Positions 1-8,747 of a stretch of DNA of 64,000 bases are shown here, one piece after another. Both the position numbers and the translations under genes were made by a program. The stretch's first letter is position 1. Each line of letters starts with the position of its first letter. Origin of the DNA: an uncultured Collinsella sp. (GTDB taxonomy: Bacteria; Actinomycetota; Coriobacteriia; Coriobacteriales; Coriobacteriaceae); the NCBI GenBank assembly GCA_902466855.1, contig CABQSP010000001.1, positions 45,783 through 109,782 of the forward strand, in the 5' to 3' direction. The notes beneath the pieces are model-generated. The model did no database searches. It saw nothing but the letters and a program-made list of their open reading frames with translations, and was not told the origin of the DNA.

Positions 1-60
1 AGAGATAACAGAGAGACAAGAGATAATTACGAGAGATAATGAGAGACGAAGGAAATCTAT
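1..60. repeat. Short direct repeats of AGAGATAA/GAGAGA-type motifs at the window edge, upstream of the first gene
   Basis: Read directly: 'agagataac...agagataat...gagagataat...gagagac'. Function unknown; possibly promoter or operator repeats, or the end of an upstream element cut by the window. Confidence 0.3.
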
Positions 61-94
61 TCGCGGCATTCTCCGCCGGACCGAGCGAAAGGAC

Positions 95-1567
95 GTGCAG
101 ATGAACGAAAACGAGCTGACCGGTCAGCTCGAGTCTTTAAGGCGCATGGGCTCGGACGATCTTAACGTCGAGGTCAAGGAGAGCGCCACGACGCTTTCCC
201 GCGACGTATGGGAAACGGTTAGTGCATTCGCGAATACCGCTGGCGGAATTATCGTGCTCGGCGTGAGCGAGCGCGCGGGCTTTGTCCCGGTTGAGAACTT
301 TGAGACCGAGAAGGTGCTCAACCAATTCGTAGCGGGCATGGGCGATGCCGGCGGTCGCGGAAAACTGGCCAATCCGCCCAAATACACCATTGAACGCGTG
401 GAGCTCCAGGGCACCGTGGTTCTGGTCATCACAATTGAGGAGCTCGACCCGTCGAGCAAGCCTTGCTATGTCATAGAGCGGGGCGCTCAAGGTGGCAGCT
501 ACAAACGCATCGATGACAAAGATGTCCCGCTTTCGTCGACCGAGGTGCTCGCATTGGCGTCATACGGTCGAGCGACTCCGAGCGATCGCGACGCGGTGGC
601 GGGCGCGGGTGCGGACGATCTCGACGAGGCGCTGGTCGACCGTACGATAGATCGGGCTTTCTCGTTGACGCCTCGGGCAATGCGCGGCGCGCCGGACAAA
701 CAAACGAAGCTGGAGCGCCTAAATTTCCTTGATTCCCAGGGCAATGTCACTAAGGCCGGACTCCTGGCTGCGGGTGCCTATCCTCAGCAGTTCTATCCCA
801 AGCTCTTTATCGATGTGGCGGTCTATGCCGGAACGCAGAAGGGCGCTGCGGGGTCGTTGAGGTTCATGGACCGTACGATCTGCGAGGGGACGTTGGGCGA
901 AATGATCTCGGATGCCGTCGCGGCAATCGCCAAGAATTTGCGGCGAACCTCGACGATCCAAGGCGTCTCGCGTGTCGACTCGCTGGAGATTCCCGAGGAA
1001 GTCCTACGCGAGGCAATCGCCAACGCCGTAATCCACCGAGAATACGGAGATCGGTTCTGTGGGCAATCGATCGCTGTTGACGTTTTTGATGACCGTATCG
1101 AGGTGACGAACCCCGGCGGCCTATACGGAGGAAAGACTCGCGAGAACCTGTTTGACGGCAACTCCCGATGTCGCAATGCGACGCTTGTGAAGCTCATGTC
1201 GATTGTCCCGCTGCCGGATGGCGCAGGTTCGCCGGCTGAGGGCAATGGCTCGGGCATCCCGATGATGATCGATGCCATGCGCGCGCATGGTCTGGCCGAG
1301 CCCCTGTTCTGCCCGGGGTTCGATCGGTTCAAGGTCGTACTTTACCGTTCAAAGATCGAGCCGGTCGATCATGGCGGGGGCTTAATTGTGACGGCACTCA
1401 AACATTACGGCGAGCTGGGGACGCGTGAGCTGGCAGAGCGCACGGGGCTCACAATTTCCCAGGTTAGGTCGCGCGTCAACGCGCTCATTGCTCAAGGCGA
1501 GCTTGAGCCCACGGCGCCGGCGACGAGCCGCAACCGCAAGTATCGACTGTTGGAGCGCGTGGAATAA
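95..1567 (+). CDS. AlbA_2 (Schlafen-like, 'divergent AAA') + HATPase_c_4 (RecG C-terminal-like) + C-terminal wHTH ATP-binding protein
   Basis: N-terminal motif 'EVKES...VSAFANTAGGIIVLGVSE' matches the AlbA_2 signature. 'REAIANAVIHREYGDR...DDRIEVTNPGGL' matches HATPase_c_4. The C-terminus 'TRELAERTGLTISQVRSRVNALIAQGELE' is wHTH-like. Confidence 0.6.
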   Translation: MQMNENELTGQLESLRRMGSDDLNVEVKESATTLSRDVWETVSAFANTAGGIIVLGVSERAGFVPVENFETEKVLNQFVAGMGDAGGRGKLANPPKYTIERVELQGTVVLVITIEELDPSSKPCYVIERGAQGGSYKRIDDKDVPLSSTEVLALASYGRATPSDRDAVAGAGADDLDEALVDRTIDRAFSLTPRAMRGAPDKQTKLERLNFLDSQGNVTKAGLLAAGAYPQQFYPKLFIDVAVYAGTQKGAAGSLRFMDRTICEGTLGEMISDAVAAIAKNLRRTSTIQGVSRVDSLEIPEEVLREAIANAVIHREYGDRFCGQSIAVDVFDDRIEVTNPGGLYGGKTRENLFDGNSRCRNATLVKLMSIVPLPDGAGSPAEGNGSGIPMMIDAMRAHGLAEPLFCPGFDRFKVVLYRSKIEPVDHGGGLIVTALKHYGELGTRELAERTGLTISQVRSRVNALIAQGELEPTAPATSRNRKYRLLERVE

Positions 1568-1667
1568 ATGCGTTAGCGGACGAGGCGACCCAATAATCGA
1601 CCCTCGATCGGCGCCCACTAAGGTTAAGCGGTTGTTGCCCAGTCGACGGTGATGCTAAAGACTCGGC

Positions 1668-2159
1668 TTACGCCGGCATGGCCGCGAACCCGTCCATCAA
1701 GAACAGCCTAAGAACCAGTTTGATGACATATCCCGGTTTGACTTCAGCCGCGTCAAAGACATGGCGCTCGGCGAGCTCGCTGCAGTATGTATAGATGTCG
1801 CGGATAAGGTCCGCGCCCGAAAGCGTAAACATGTAGCCTGCGTCCGAAAGCGCATTGGGCGCGGCGGGCAACTTGGCCATGTGGCAGAACGTTTGCAGGT
1901 CGGGCGCCATAACATTCTGGTAGTCGAGGTGGCCGCTGGCATCCTGTGCGGCAAGCTCCAATTGGCGCACAAAATCCAGCGCCGCTGCCAGCACAAAGCT
2001 CGGCGTAGGCGCGTTGACGTCCTGAGTGGTCGCCACGAGCCTGCCCGCCGCCTGCGTGACAAGCCAAGCGACCTCGCGCTGGCAACGCACGGCCTTGCGC
2101 GTAACCGGCTTGATGGACGAAGAAGAAACGCTCCCCTTAGGCGGATTCGAAGCAGCCAT
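1668..2159 (-). CDS. Hypothetical protein (helical, no recognisable domain)
   Basis: 163-aa ORF between two defence-like genes. Coding status is inferred only from ORF length and context. Confidence 0.3.
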   Translation of the reverse strand: MAASNPPKGSVSSSSIKPVTRKAVRCQREVAWLVTQAAGRLVATTQDVNAPTPSFVLAAALDFVRQLELAAQDASGHLDYQNVMAPDLQTFCHMAKLPAAPNALSDAGYMFTLSGADLIRDIYTYCSELAERHVFDAAEVKPGYVIKLVLRLFLMDGFAAMPA

Positions 2160-2365
2160 AAGACCCTCCCATGAACAATCCGGCCCAACAGGCCCGGACG
2201 AAACACGTGCTACATCAGTATACAGGGGAGTGGGGTGGCGGGGTACGAGCGCGCCAGCGGCAAACCGAGAGCATCAACGATGTGCCGATCGCGGAATGAG
2301 ATCTCGTAATAATTGACTCTCGGTCATATTATTGAGGGGCATGACTCGCGTTCGTATGGTTGTAG

Positions 2366-3457
2366 GTGCTGGCGATGAACGACATTGACCTTGCTGTTCC
2401 GTTGATGGATGGACCAAGCTATGACCGTGCCTGCAGTCTCGTGCCTTCTGAATACGTTGAGGCATGGGAGTGGTTTCTGGGTGAGGAGCAGCGCGGCGGC
2501 GTTTGGACCAGCCTTCCGCACCACACCAAGGAAGATAGCCCTCAGTATCAGTATCGTTTGAGAATTGGCTCGGACTTCTTTCCCGTAACGCGGGATTCAG
2601 GGATCTTCTGGCCGGGCCAGGATCGGGTGAAGCAAGATCCCAATAAGATCTTTGCGCTCTCGGTCCATAACTCTAAAAAGAGCTTCTACACCGATGTGCC
2701 TCCGCTCTATTTGGACGATGGTACGTGGGTCATTAAGTACTCGGTTCAAGCGCCGGGTACCGTTGGTTTTCGAGACCAGAATTACAACCGTAAAATGCTC
2801 AACTGCATGGAATGCGGCGTTCCAGTCGGAGTCATATTTGCAACCGAGGTGGGCTATAAGGTGCTCGGCCTTGCGTTTGTTGAGCGGTTCGAGCCCGAAA
2901 ACGGATGGTTTGTTCTGCACGGTCCTGTTCATAAAGGCGGGCCGGACCCTCGTTTTGCGCCCGACATGAGTTATCTGAAGCGCATGCCCGTCGATATTGA
3001 GTTTGCCGGACAGGGTGCGACCGACGACGAAAAGGTCCGCTATGCGTTAAGGCGCGAGCGATTGGGGCAACAATGGTTCCGCAAGCAGCTCGTTGCCGCC
3101 TATGACGGCCGTTGCGCGGTGTCGGACTGTGGCGTCAGCGAAGCTCTGGAGGCTGCGCATATCGAGAATTACTCGGGACCCAAATCGCAGGTTGCCAGCA
3201 ACGGCATTCTGCTTCGGCGCGACCTTCATTCCCTATTTGATGCTCACCTGATTTCGTTTGAGCCTGTTTGCGGCGAATATCGGCTGTGCGGATCGTACCT
3301 GCTGGATAAGACCGACTACGCTTCCTTTGCGGGTGCGACGCTAAGGCAGCCGAATGAGCGTCAGTGGCGACCCAATACGGTGTTTCTTGAGGCCCATCGC
3401 ATTGAGTTCGATCGCTCGGAAAAGAAGCGTGAAAAGGCGGGGCTTCTGCCGTATTAG
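2366..3457 (+). CDS. Putative modification-dependent (type IV) restriction endonuclease: SRA/YDG-like domain fused to a C-terminal HNH nuclease
   Basis: C-terminal 'CAVSDC...EAAHIENY...NGILLRRDLHSLFD' matches the HNH_2-type motif. Upstream 'LYLDDGTWVIKY...GYKVLGLAFVERFEPENGWFVLHG' resembles the SRA (YDG) fold, as in ScoMcrA/TagI-like enzymes. Confidence 0.6.
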   Translation: MLAMNDIDLAVPLMDGPSYDRACSLVPSEYVEAWEWFLGEEQRGGVWTSLPHHTKEDSPQYQYRLRIGSDFFPVTRDSGIFWPGQDRVKQDPNKIFALSVHNSKKSFYTDVPPLYLDDGTWVIKYSVQAPGTVGFRDQNYNRKMLNCMECGVPVGVIFATEVGYKVLGLAFVERFEPENGWFVLHGPVHKGGPDPRFAPDMSYLKRMPVDIEFAGQGATDDEKVRYALRRERLGQQWFRKQLVAAYDGRCAVSDCGVSEALEAAHIENYSGPKSQVASNGILLRRDLHSLFDAHLISFEPVCGEYRLCGSYLLDKTDYASFAGATLRQPNERQWRPNTVFLEAHRIEFDRSEKKREKAGLLPY

Positions 3458-3507
3458 CGTATTTGGCTTTGGCATTCTTTGACGATCGTGTTGTTTGATC
3501 GGATCGC

Positions 3508-3864
3508 GTGGCGATGCAATCTCGCGCATGCCCGCCGGTGCATGCTCTTCCTGTTTTGTATAGCGAGAGGGGAGCGTGTATGAGCTGGCGAGGCGATATT
3601 GCGATGGGGAAGTACGGAAAACTGCCGTGTGCCCTTATAGACAACAATATGTTTCCGAGCGTAGAGGTTGATTGCGGGTCGTTTGTCGTCACCTGCCCTT
3701 GCTGCGGCTCGCAAATACCGTGTCTCGACATTCGGTTCATCGATGCGCGCGACAGGTTCAGCGACGAAGTGAGAAAACAGACAGGCGTTCATATGCCGGT
3801 GTATCCGGAGAAATGCCCCGTTTGTGGCCTCGATATCGTGTACGACGCCGGCGACGAGGGATAG
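3508..3864 (+). CDS. Small Cys-rich (2x CxxC zinc-ribbon) hypothetical protein; start uncertain (alternative M at ~3580)
   Basis: 'CPCCGS...CPVCG' paired CxxC motifs are present. Coding status is not otherwise supported. Confidence 0.3.
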   Translation: MAMQSRACPPVHALPVLYSERGACMSWRGDIAMGKYGKLPCALIDNNMFPSVEVDCGSFVVTCPCCGSQIPCLDIRFIDARDRFSDEVRKQTGVHMPVYPEKCPVCGLDIVYDAGDEG

Positions 3865-3902
3865 GTGATGCGGAGGAGCTGACTGTGAAGGCCTCTCCGT
3901 CC

Positions 3903-4625
3903 CTACAAATAAATCCCCTCACCGAGCTGCTTGTGGAACTCGGCGTGATGGTCGCGTGCCCAGGTAAAGAGCGCCTGGTCAAAGTCGGTACGCGTGGCCG
4001 GGACGCCAAAGACGCCGGCAACTTCGACGCGTATAAACTCCAGTGCCGGCAGCTTGTTGATGGCAGTGAGGGCAAACGGGGATGAGGGCTCCTCGAACAG
4101 ATAGCGGCTGCCTTGCAGCACGTCGCAACTGGTGCACGTGTTGCCGAGCGACGGGGCTTTGGAGGCTCGCGCGCCTACGGGCTTGTAGCCGCAGCGCTTA
4201 TGAAGGTAGTCGCGGATCTCGCCCGGCACGCAGCCAAGAGCGGGCACGATGGCGAGTGCGTTGGCGTTGGCCGTGTCGATGGCAATGTGCCCGGATTCGT
4301 TGGGCGCGTGCGCGATGGCGACGCTCTCGTCGTTATCGGTTCGATAGGGAATGCCGAAGGCCGCGACCGAGGTCTCTTTGTGACACTTCCAGCACTCGCG
4401 CTTGCCCAGTACTAGATATATATACGGCGCTGAGGGGTCGGATCGGTCAACACCGGGCAGCCACTCGGCAAAGGGCTCGGGGTTGACGCCGCTGGGTACA
4501 TACCAGACCTTCTTGGTCCGGTCCCATTTGGCGCCCAGCGCCTTGGCTTCTTCTTTGTGCGAAAAGGGGACATCGAGCTCGGTGCGCATGGCGGCTCCTT
4601 GGTGCTGCAGGTGCAAGTGGCCCAA
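3903..4625 (-). CDS. DUF5710-domain protein (primase/plasmid-replication-associated N-terminal domain) with Cys-cluster; likely true start at M12 (~4589)
   Basis: 'KEEAKALGAKWDRTKKVWYVP' matches the DUF5710 signature. 'CWKCHKE' and 'CTSCD' Cys pairs follow. Confidence 0.5.
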   Translation of the reverse strand: MGHLHLQHQGAAMRTELDVPFSHKEEAKALGAKWDRTKKVWYVPSGVNPEPFAEWLPGVDRSDPSAPYIYLVLGKRECWKCHKETSVAAFGIPYRTDNDESVAIAHAPNESGHIAIDTANANALAIVPALGCVPGEIRDYLHKRCGYKPVGARASKAPSLGNTCTSCDVLQGSRYLFEEPSSPFALTAINKLPALEFIRVEVAGVFGVPATRTDFDQALFTWARDHHAEFHKQLGEGIYL

Positions 4626-4761
4626 GGATACCGCAGGGCGCAGACATCGCGACGTTTTGCTGAGAAGTTGCGGTGCGGACTGATTGGTTATGCCGATGGA
4701 TAGATCGGCAAGTAGATGGTCGGCTTTTGGCTAGTTGGGCGGTTGGAACTGCCGGCGGATT

Positions 4762-4800
4762 TGGCGACATAAAACAAAACAGCCCAGAGGACATAGCCTC
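4762..4800 (-). terminator. Hairpin + T-run terminator downstream of tRNA-Val (minus strand)
   Basis: Minus strand shows an imperfect hairpin, 'gctcagagg..cctctgggc', followed by 'tgttttgtttt'. Confidence 0.4.
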
Positions 4801-4815
4801 TGAGCTGCGAACATT

Positions 4816-4890
4816 TGGTGGGCGTTAGAAGATTTGAACTTCTGACCTCTTCCGTGTCAGGGAAGCGCTCTCCCCCTGAGCTAAACGCCC
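4816..4890 (-). tRNA. tRNA-Val (anticodon GAC), CCA encoded
   Basis: Reverse complement reads GGGCGTTTAGCTCAGGGGGAGAGCGCTTCCCTGACACGGAAGAGGTCAGAAGTTCAAATCTTCTAACGCCCACCA. It is a cloverleaf with anticodon loop CTGACAC. Confidence 0.85.
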
Positions 4891-5179
4891 GATCAAGGGT
4901 GCGCAAGCGCGCAAGGGATAATATAACGGAGCCTGAACTCGGTGGCAAGAACATTTTTAAAAATCGCTTACATTGTGGAATTCGGGGGCTTTGCCATATC
5001 CATTTCAAAAGAGCCTGCTGCCGCGATTTGGCTGTCGCATAATGCAAGGCCATTGCGGTATCGAGCTATGGAAAGACGCCTGCGGAATTGTCCTACCGAT
5101 AAGCGGACAAGCCTCCAGCTGGTGACTTCGCCGTGGTAAGGTAAGCCGAATTGTTTCCAGGCTGTTTCGGGGGAGTGGA

Positions 5180-6202
5180 ATGAGCAAAGAGTGTGTCGAG
5201 CAGGTCGAAGGCGCAGGGGCTTCGGTGCCGATGACCGATATGTCGAACATTGATGTGCCCGAGGGCACCGACGAGCTCAGCCGTAGCACCCGCCGCGCCT
5301 GGCGCGACCGCCTTAACGATGCGTCGTCGCGCAAGATGATCACGGGCGTCTTGGCTACGTTGGTGGGCGGTTCGTTTTGGGGCTTCTCGGGCACCAGCGC
5401 GAGCTTTCTGTTCGATACCTACCACGTCGACACCTTGTGGCTTATGAGCGTGCGTCAGATTCTCGCCGGTCTACTCTTTATGGCCGTGGTTGTTACGCGC
5501 GACCGCGAGCGCCTGATTAAGCTCTGGACCACACCCGCCGATCGCAAGCAGCTGCTGCTCTTTACCGCCTTTGGCCTGCTGTTCAACCAGTTTTGCTATC
5601 TTTCGGCCGTGCGCCTGACGAACGCCGGAACCGCGACGGTGCTCCAGTGCCTGCAGCTCGTTATCATCATGGGCTACGCCTGCGTGACCGATCGCCGCAT
5701 GCCGCGTACTCGCGAAGTCATCGGCATTGGCCTGGCTCTGGGTGGAACCTTTTTAATCGCCACCGGCGGCGACCCCACCAGCCTGAATATCTCGCCGCTT
5801 GGCCTGGCAGCAGGTCTTATGTGTGCGGTCAGCGCCGCGTGTATGGCGGTGATTCCCGCCAAGATCCTGCCCGAATACGGCAGCCCCATCGTCACGGGCT
5901 CGGCAATGCTCACGGCGGGCGTGGTCTCGTGCGTCTTCGTGCAACCCTGGGCGCATATGCCGGCGCTCGACGCTGCCGGCATCGAGGCGCTCGCGGTGTT
6001 CGTGGTTATCGGCTCGTTTTTTGCTTACATGCTTTATATGCAGGGCGTTAAGGACATCGGCTCGGTGCGCGCGAGCCTCATCGGAACTGTGGAGCCGGTT
6101 TCGGCGACCATCACCAGCGCCGTTATGCTGGGGACGGTGTTTTTGCCGACCGACCTTATCGGCTTTGTCATGATCATCGTGATGATGTTCCTCACGGTGT
6201 AG
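5180..6202 (+). CDS. EamA/DMT-family (drug/metabolite) transporter
   Basis: About 10 predicted TM helices form a duplicated EamA-like architecture ('FWGFSGTSASFLF', 'AGLLF'). Confidence 0.7.
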   Translation: MSKECVEQVEGAGASVPMTDMSNIDVPEGTDELSRSTRRAWRDRLNDASSRKMITGVLATLVGGSFWGFSGTSASFLFDTYHVDTLWLMSVRQILAGLLFMAVVVTRDRERLIKLWTTPADRKQLLLFTAFGLLFNQFCYLSAVRLTNAGTATVLQCLQLVIIMGYACVTDRRMPRTREVIGIGLALGGTFLIATGGDPTSLNISPLGLAAGLMCAVSAACMAVIPAKILPEYGSPIVTGSAMLTAGVVSCVFVQPWAHMPALDAAGIEALAVFVVIGSFFAYMLYMQGVKDIGSVRASLIGTVEPVSATITSAVMLGTVFLPTDLIGFVMIIVMMFLTV

Positions 6203-6324
6203 CTAGCGCCGCTGCCAAGACGGAAAAGGTGTTGTGCCGCATTTTCGCCAATTGATGTCCGTGTCTGGAGTTTAGCTGTCGATGCTCAAAATGCCATAAA
6301 CTAGTAACGTTATGGACTTTTTCA

Positions 6325-8664
6325 TTGCGACTCAATTGCGAGGATTTCTTTATGGCTGGTAATCACTTTAAGGGCAGCGATAGCGGCCGCCCTGCAGTTC
6401 CGCCGCGTCCGAACGGGGCTGGTAAGGCCGGCACGCCGGGCGGCGCTGGACAGGGCGGTTCCGGTAAGCGCGTGTCCCCGGGCGAGACGGCGATGTTTAC
6501 CGCTCTGTACGAGCAGTCTCAAAAGGCAAAAAAGACCGGCCGTGCAAGAGGAAATGTCTTTGCGGGCGGTGCAACCTCTGCGTCGCAGCCGAGCGGGGCT
6601 CCTTCGGTACCTGCGAACAACGCAGGTGCTGCCAACGCCGCGAATGGCGCCGGCAACGTTAATGCCGGCAAGGCCGACAACAATACTCCCTCTGCCGGTG
6701 GCGCGGGGCTTACGGGTAACCTCGGCACGATTTACACCGGCGCCTCCGAGACAGGCACGTTCGCCCGCCTGGATGATAGCGGTGCCGAGTTTGCGGGCTC
6801 GGGTTCCAAGGAAGATTATTACGATTTTGGCTTGAACTACGGTAGCGATGCTTCGTCGAGTTCGACCTCTGACGGTCTGGTCCGTCATCGCCATCGCAAG
6901 GGCGAGCGCAAAAAGCGTCACACCGGCGCCATTATTGCCGCTGTAGTCGCGGTGCTTCTCGTTGCGCTTGGCGCAAGCGGCTTTATGCTGCTTAACTCGG
7001 CAAAGACCGTAAAGAGCGAAGCGAAGGAGGCTGTCGAGATCGTCGGTGGCCTTAAGGACAAGGTCACGTCGGGCGATTTTTCGACGCTGCCTGACGACGC
7101 GAAGAAGATCGATGAGCTCTGTAACAGCATGAAGGCGGAGACCTCGAGCCCGCTGTGGACGGCGGCTTCGTTTATCCCGGTGTATGGCAGCGATATCAAT
7201 GCGGCCCGCACCATGATTGACGCCCTGTCCGATGTCTCGAGCAATGCGCTGGTTCCCATGGCCGATAACCTTTCGCAGGCTACGCCCGGCAAGCTGTTCC
7301 AGGACGGCATGATTAACGTGTCCGCGCTGCAGGCGGTCGCCGATTCGCTTTCCAGCAGCTCGAAGGTGTTCAAGAGCGCCAACGAGAAGGTCCAGGGCAT
7401 TGGCGATACTCATATTTCCCAGGTGACCGAGCTGGTCGATAAGGCCAAGGACGGCTTTGCCACCCTCAACGGCGCGGTTGACGCGGCGGAGAAGGTCGCC
7501 CCCGTCCTTCCCCAGATGCTCGGCGCCAACGGCCAGACGCGCAACTACCTTATGTACGCCATGAACAACGTCGAGATTCGTGCCTGCGGCGGCTTTGGCG
7601 GTTCGCAGGGCCTGATTTCGGTCACCGACGGTCAGATGTCGATTGGCGAGTTTGTTCCCCGCATTGGACTCAGCGAGGATGAGGCGGTCGAGAGCGTCGA
7701 CGAAGAGGATGAGGCGCTGTTCGGCAACCACAGCAACCTGTACAACTCGGGCAATACCTATTCGCCTGATTGGCCCCGCAACTCGCAGCGTGTCGCCGCG
7801 CTGTGGAAGTCCCAGTATGGACAGGACGTTGATGGCGTCATCGGTATCGACCCGGTGTTCCTGCAGTATCTGCTGGGCCTGGTCGGTAACGTGTCACTGC
7901 CCGACGGAACGGTTGTCGACGGCACCAACGCCGCAAAGGTCCTCATGCACGATGTGTACTGGAACTATCCGGTCGAGGAGTCGGACGGCATCTTTGCATC
8001 CGTCGCCAGCGCTGCCTTCGACAAGGTCCTTGGCGGTATCGGCGATGTCGATGTTACGAAGCTTGTCAGCGCCGTTGAGCGCGGTGCCGAAGAGGGCCGC
8101 CTGATCGCGTGGATGAGAAACGATGATGAGCAGAATGCCATCAAAGAGACGGGCATTGACGCTTCGCTGCCCGATCCGGATGATCCGAGTGCCGATCCCG
8201 TTGCCGGCGTTTACTTTAACAACCTGAGCTTCTCCAAGCTCGACTGGTATCTGAACGCCGACACTCAGATTGGTCAGGGCGTGAAGAACGGCGACGGCAC
8301 GTGCTCCTATCGCATCACCGTTACCCTGACGAACATCATGACGCAGGAGGAGGCTGGCAAGCTGCCCGACTACGTTGCGGCGAGCGCGCCCGATGCCGCG
8401 CGTGACGACGAGCGTCTGAATGTCTCGTTGTTTGCCCCGACGGGTGGCAACATCAGTGACCTTACGGTTGAGGGTACCCAGTTTGGTCTTGGTGCCGCTA
8501 CGTGGCATGGAATCCCCTTCTATTCGGGCACCGTTGACCTGCATGCTGGCGAGACGACGACGATCACGTATACGCTGACCACGTCGGCCGAGGCGGGGGA
8601 CAAGCCTCTTACGCTGCGTCAGACCCCTACATGCCAGGCGGCTCGCGACAGCGCGTCGGCGTAG
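6325..8664 (+). CDS. DUF4012-domain membrane protein (Ala/Gly/Pro-rich N-terminus, single TM); probable start at 6352
   Basis: 'YLMYAMNNVEIRACGGFGGSQGLISVTDG' is the DUF4012 core. A TM helix reads 'AIIAAVVAVLLVALGASGF'. The family often accompanies polysaccharide loci in Actinobacteria. Confidence 0.7.
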   Translation: MRLNCEDFFMAGNHFKGSDSGRPAVPPRPNGAGKAGTPGGAGQGGSGKRVSPGETAMFTALYEQSQKAKKTGRARGNVFAGGATSASQPSGAPSVPANNAGAANAANGAGNVNAGKADNNTPSAGGAGLTGNLGTIYTGASETGTFARLDDSGAEFAGSGSKEDYYDFGLNYGSDASSSSTSDGLVRHRHRKGERKKRHTGAIIAAVVAVLLVALGASGFMLLNSAKTVKSEAKEAVEIVGGLKDKVTSGDFSTLPDDAKKIDELCNSMKAETSSPLWTAASFIPVYGSDINAARTMIDALSDVSSNALVPMADNLSQATPGKLFQDGMINVSALQAVADSLSSSSKVFKSANEKVQGIGDTHISQVTELVDKAKDGFATLNGAVDAAEKVAPVLPQMLGANGQTRNYLMYAMNNVEIRACGGFGGSQGLISVTDGQMSIGEFVPRIGLSEDEAVESVDEEDEALFGNHSNLYNSGNTYSPDWPRNSQRVAALWKSQYGQDVDGVIGIDPVFLQYLLGLVGNVSLPDGTVVDGTNAAKVLMHDVYWNYPVEESDGIFASVASAAFDKVLGGIGDVDVTKLVSAVERGAEEGRLIAWMRNDDEQNAIKETGIDASLPDPDDPSADPVAGVYFNNLSFSKLDWYLNADTQIGQGVKNGDGTCSYRITVTLTNIMTQEEAGKLPDYVAASAPDAARDDERLNVSLFAPTGGNISDLTVEGTQFGLGAATWHGIPFYSGTVDLHAGETTTITYTLTTSAEAGDKPLTLRQTPTCQAARDSASA

Positions 8665-8701
8665 GGTTTTTCTGGTAGCGCAGATAATCGAGTACCATTT
8701 T

Positions 8702-8735
8702 GGGGCGGACAGGCAATCTGTCCGCCCCTATTTTG
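8702..8735 (+). terminator. Rho-independent terminator
   Basis: ggggcggacagg-caat-ctgtccgcccc followed by tatttt. Confidence 0.7.
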
Positions 8736-8747
8736 TAAGGAGAGCGC

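Noticed and set aside
6322-7731. 469-aa minus-strand ORF antisense to the DUF4012 gene. Similar long antisense ORFs occur in glmM (8619..10088), the M32 peptidase (10303..11895), pheS/pheT (12127..13140, 13375..14475, 14839..15795), cbiM (16050..17213), pyk (21135..22733), the P-type ATPase (23083..25566), rsgA (25903..26871), the Tad genes (27575..28848), rsmI/metG/rsmA/tatD (39300..43574), serS (46715..48025), GH5 (38331..39173), pstB and the PhoPR-like pair (55314..58452) and htpG (61458..63116).
   Set aside because: These are typical stop-codon-poor shadow frames of high-GC DNA. In each case the opposite-strand ORF has clear family motifs, while the shadow ORF has repetitive Arg/Ala/Gly-rich composition and no motif.
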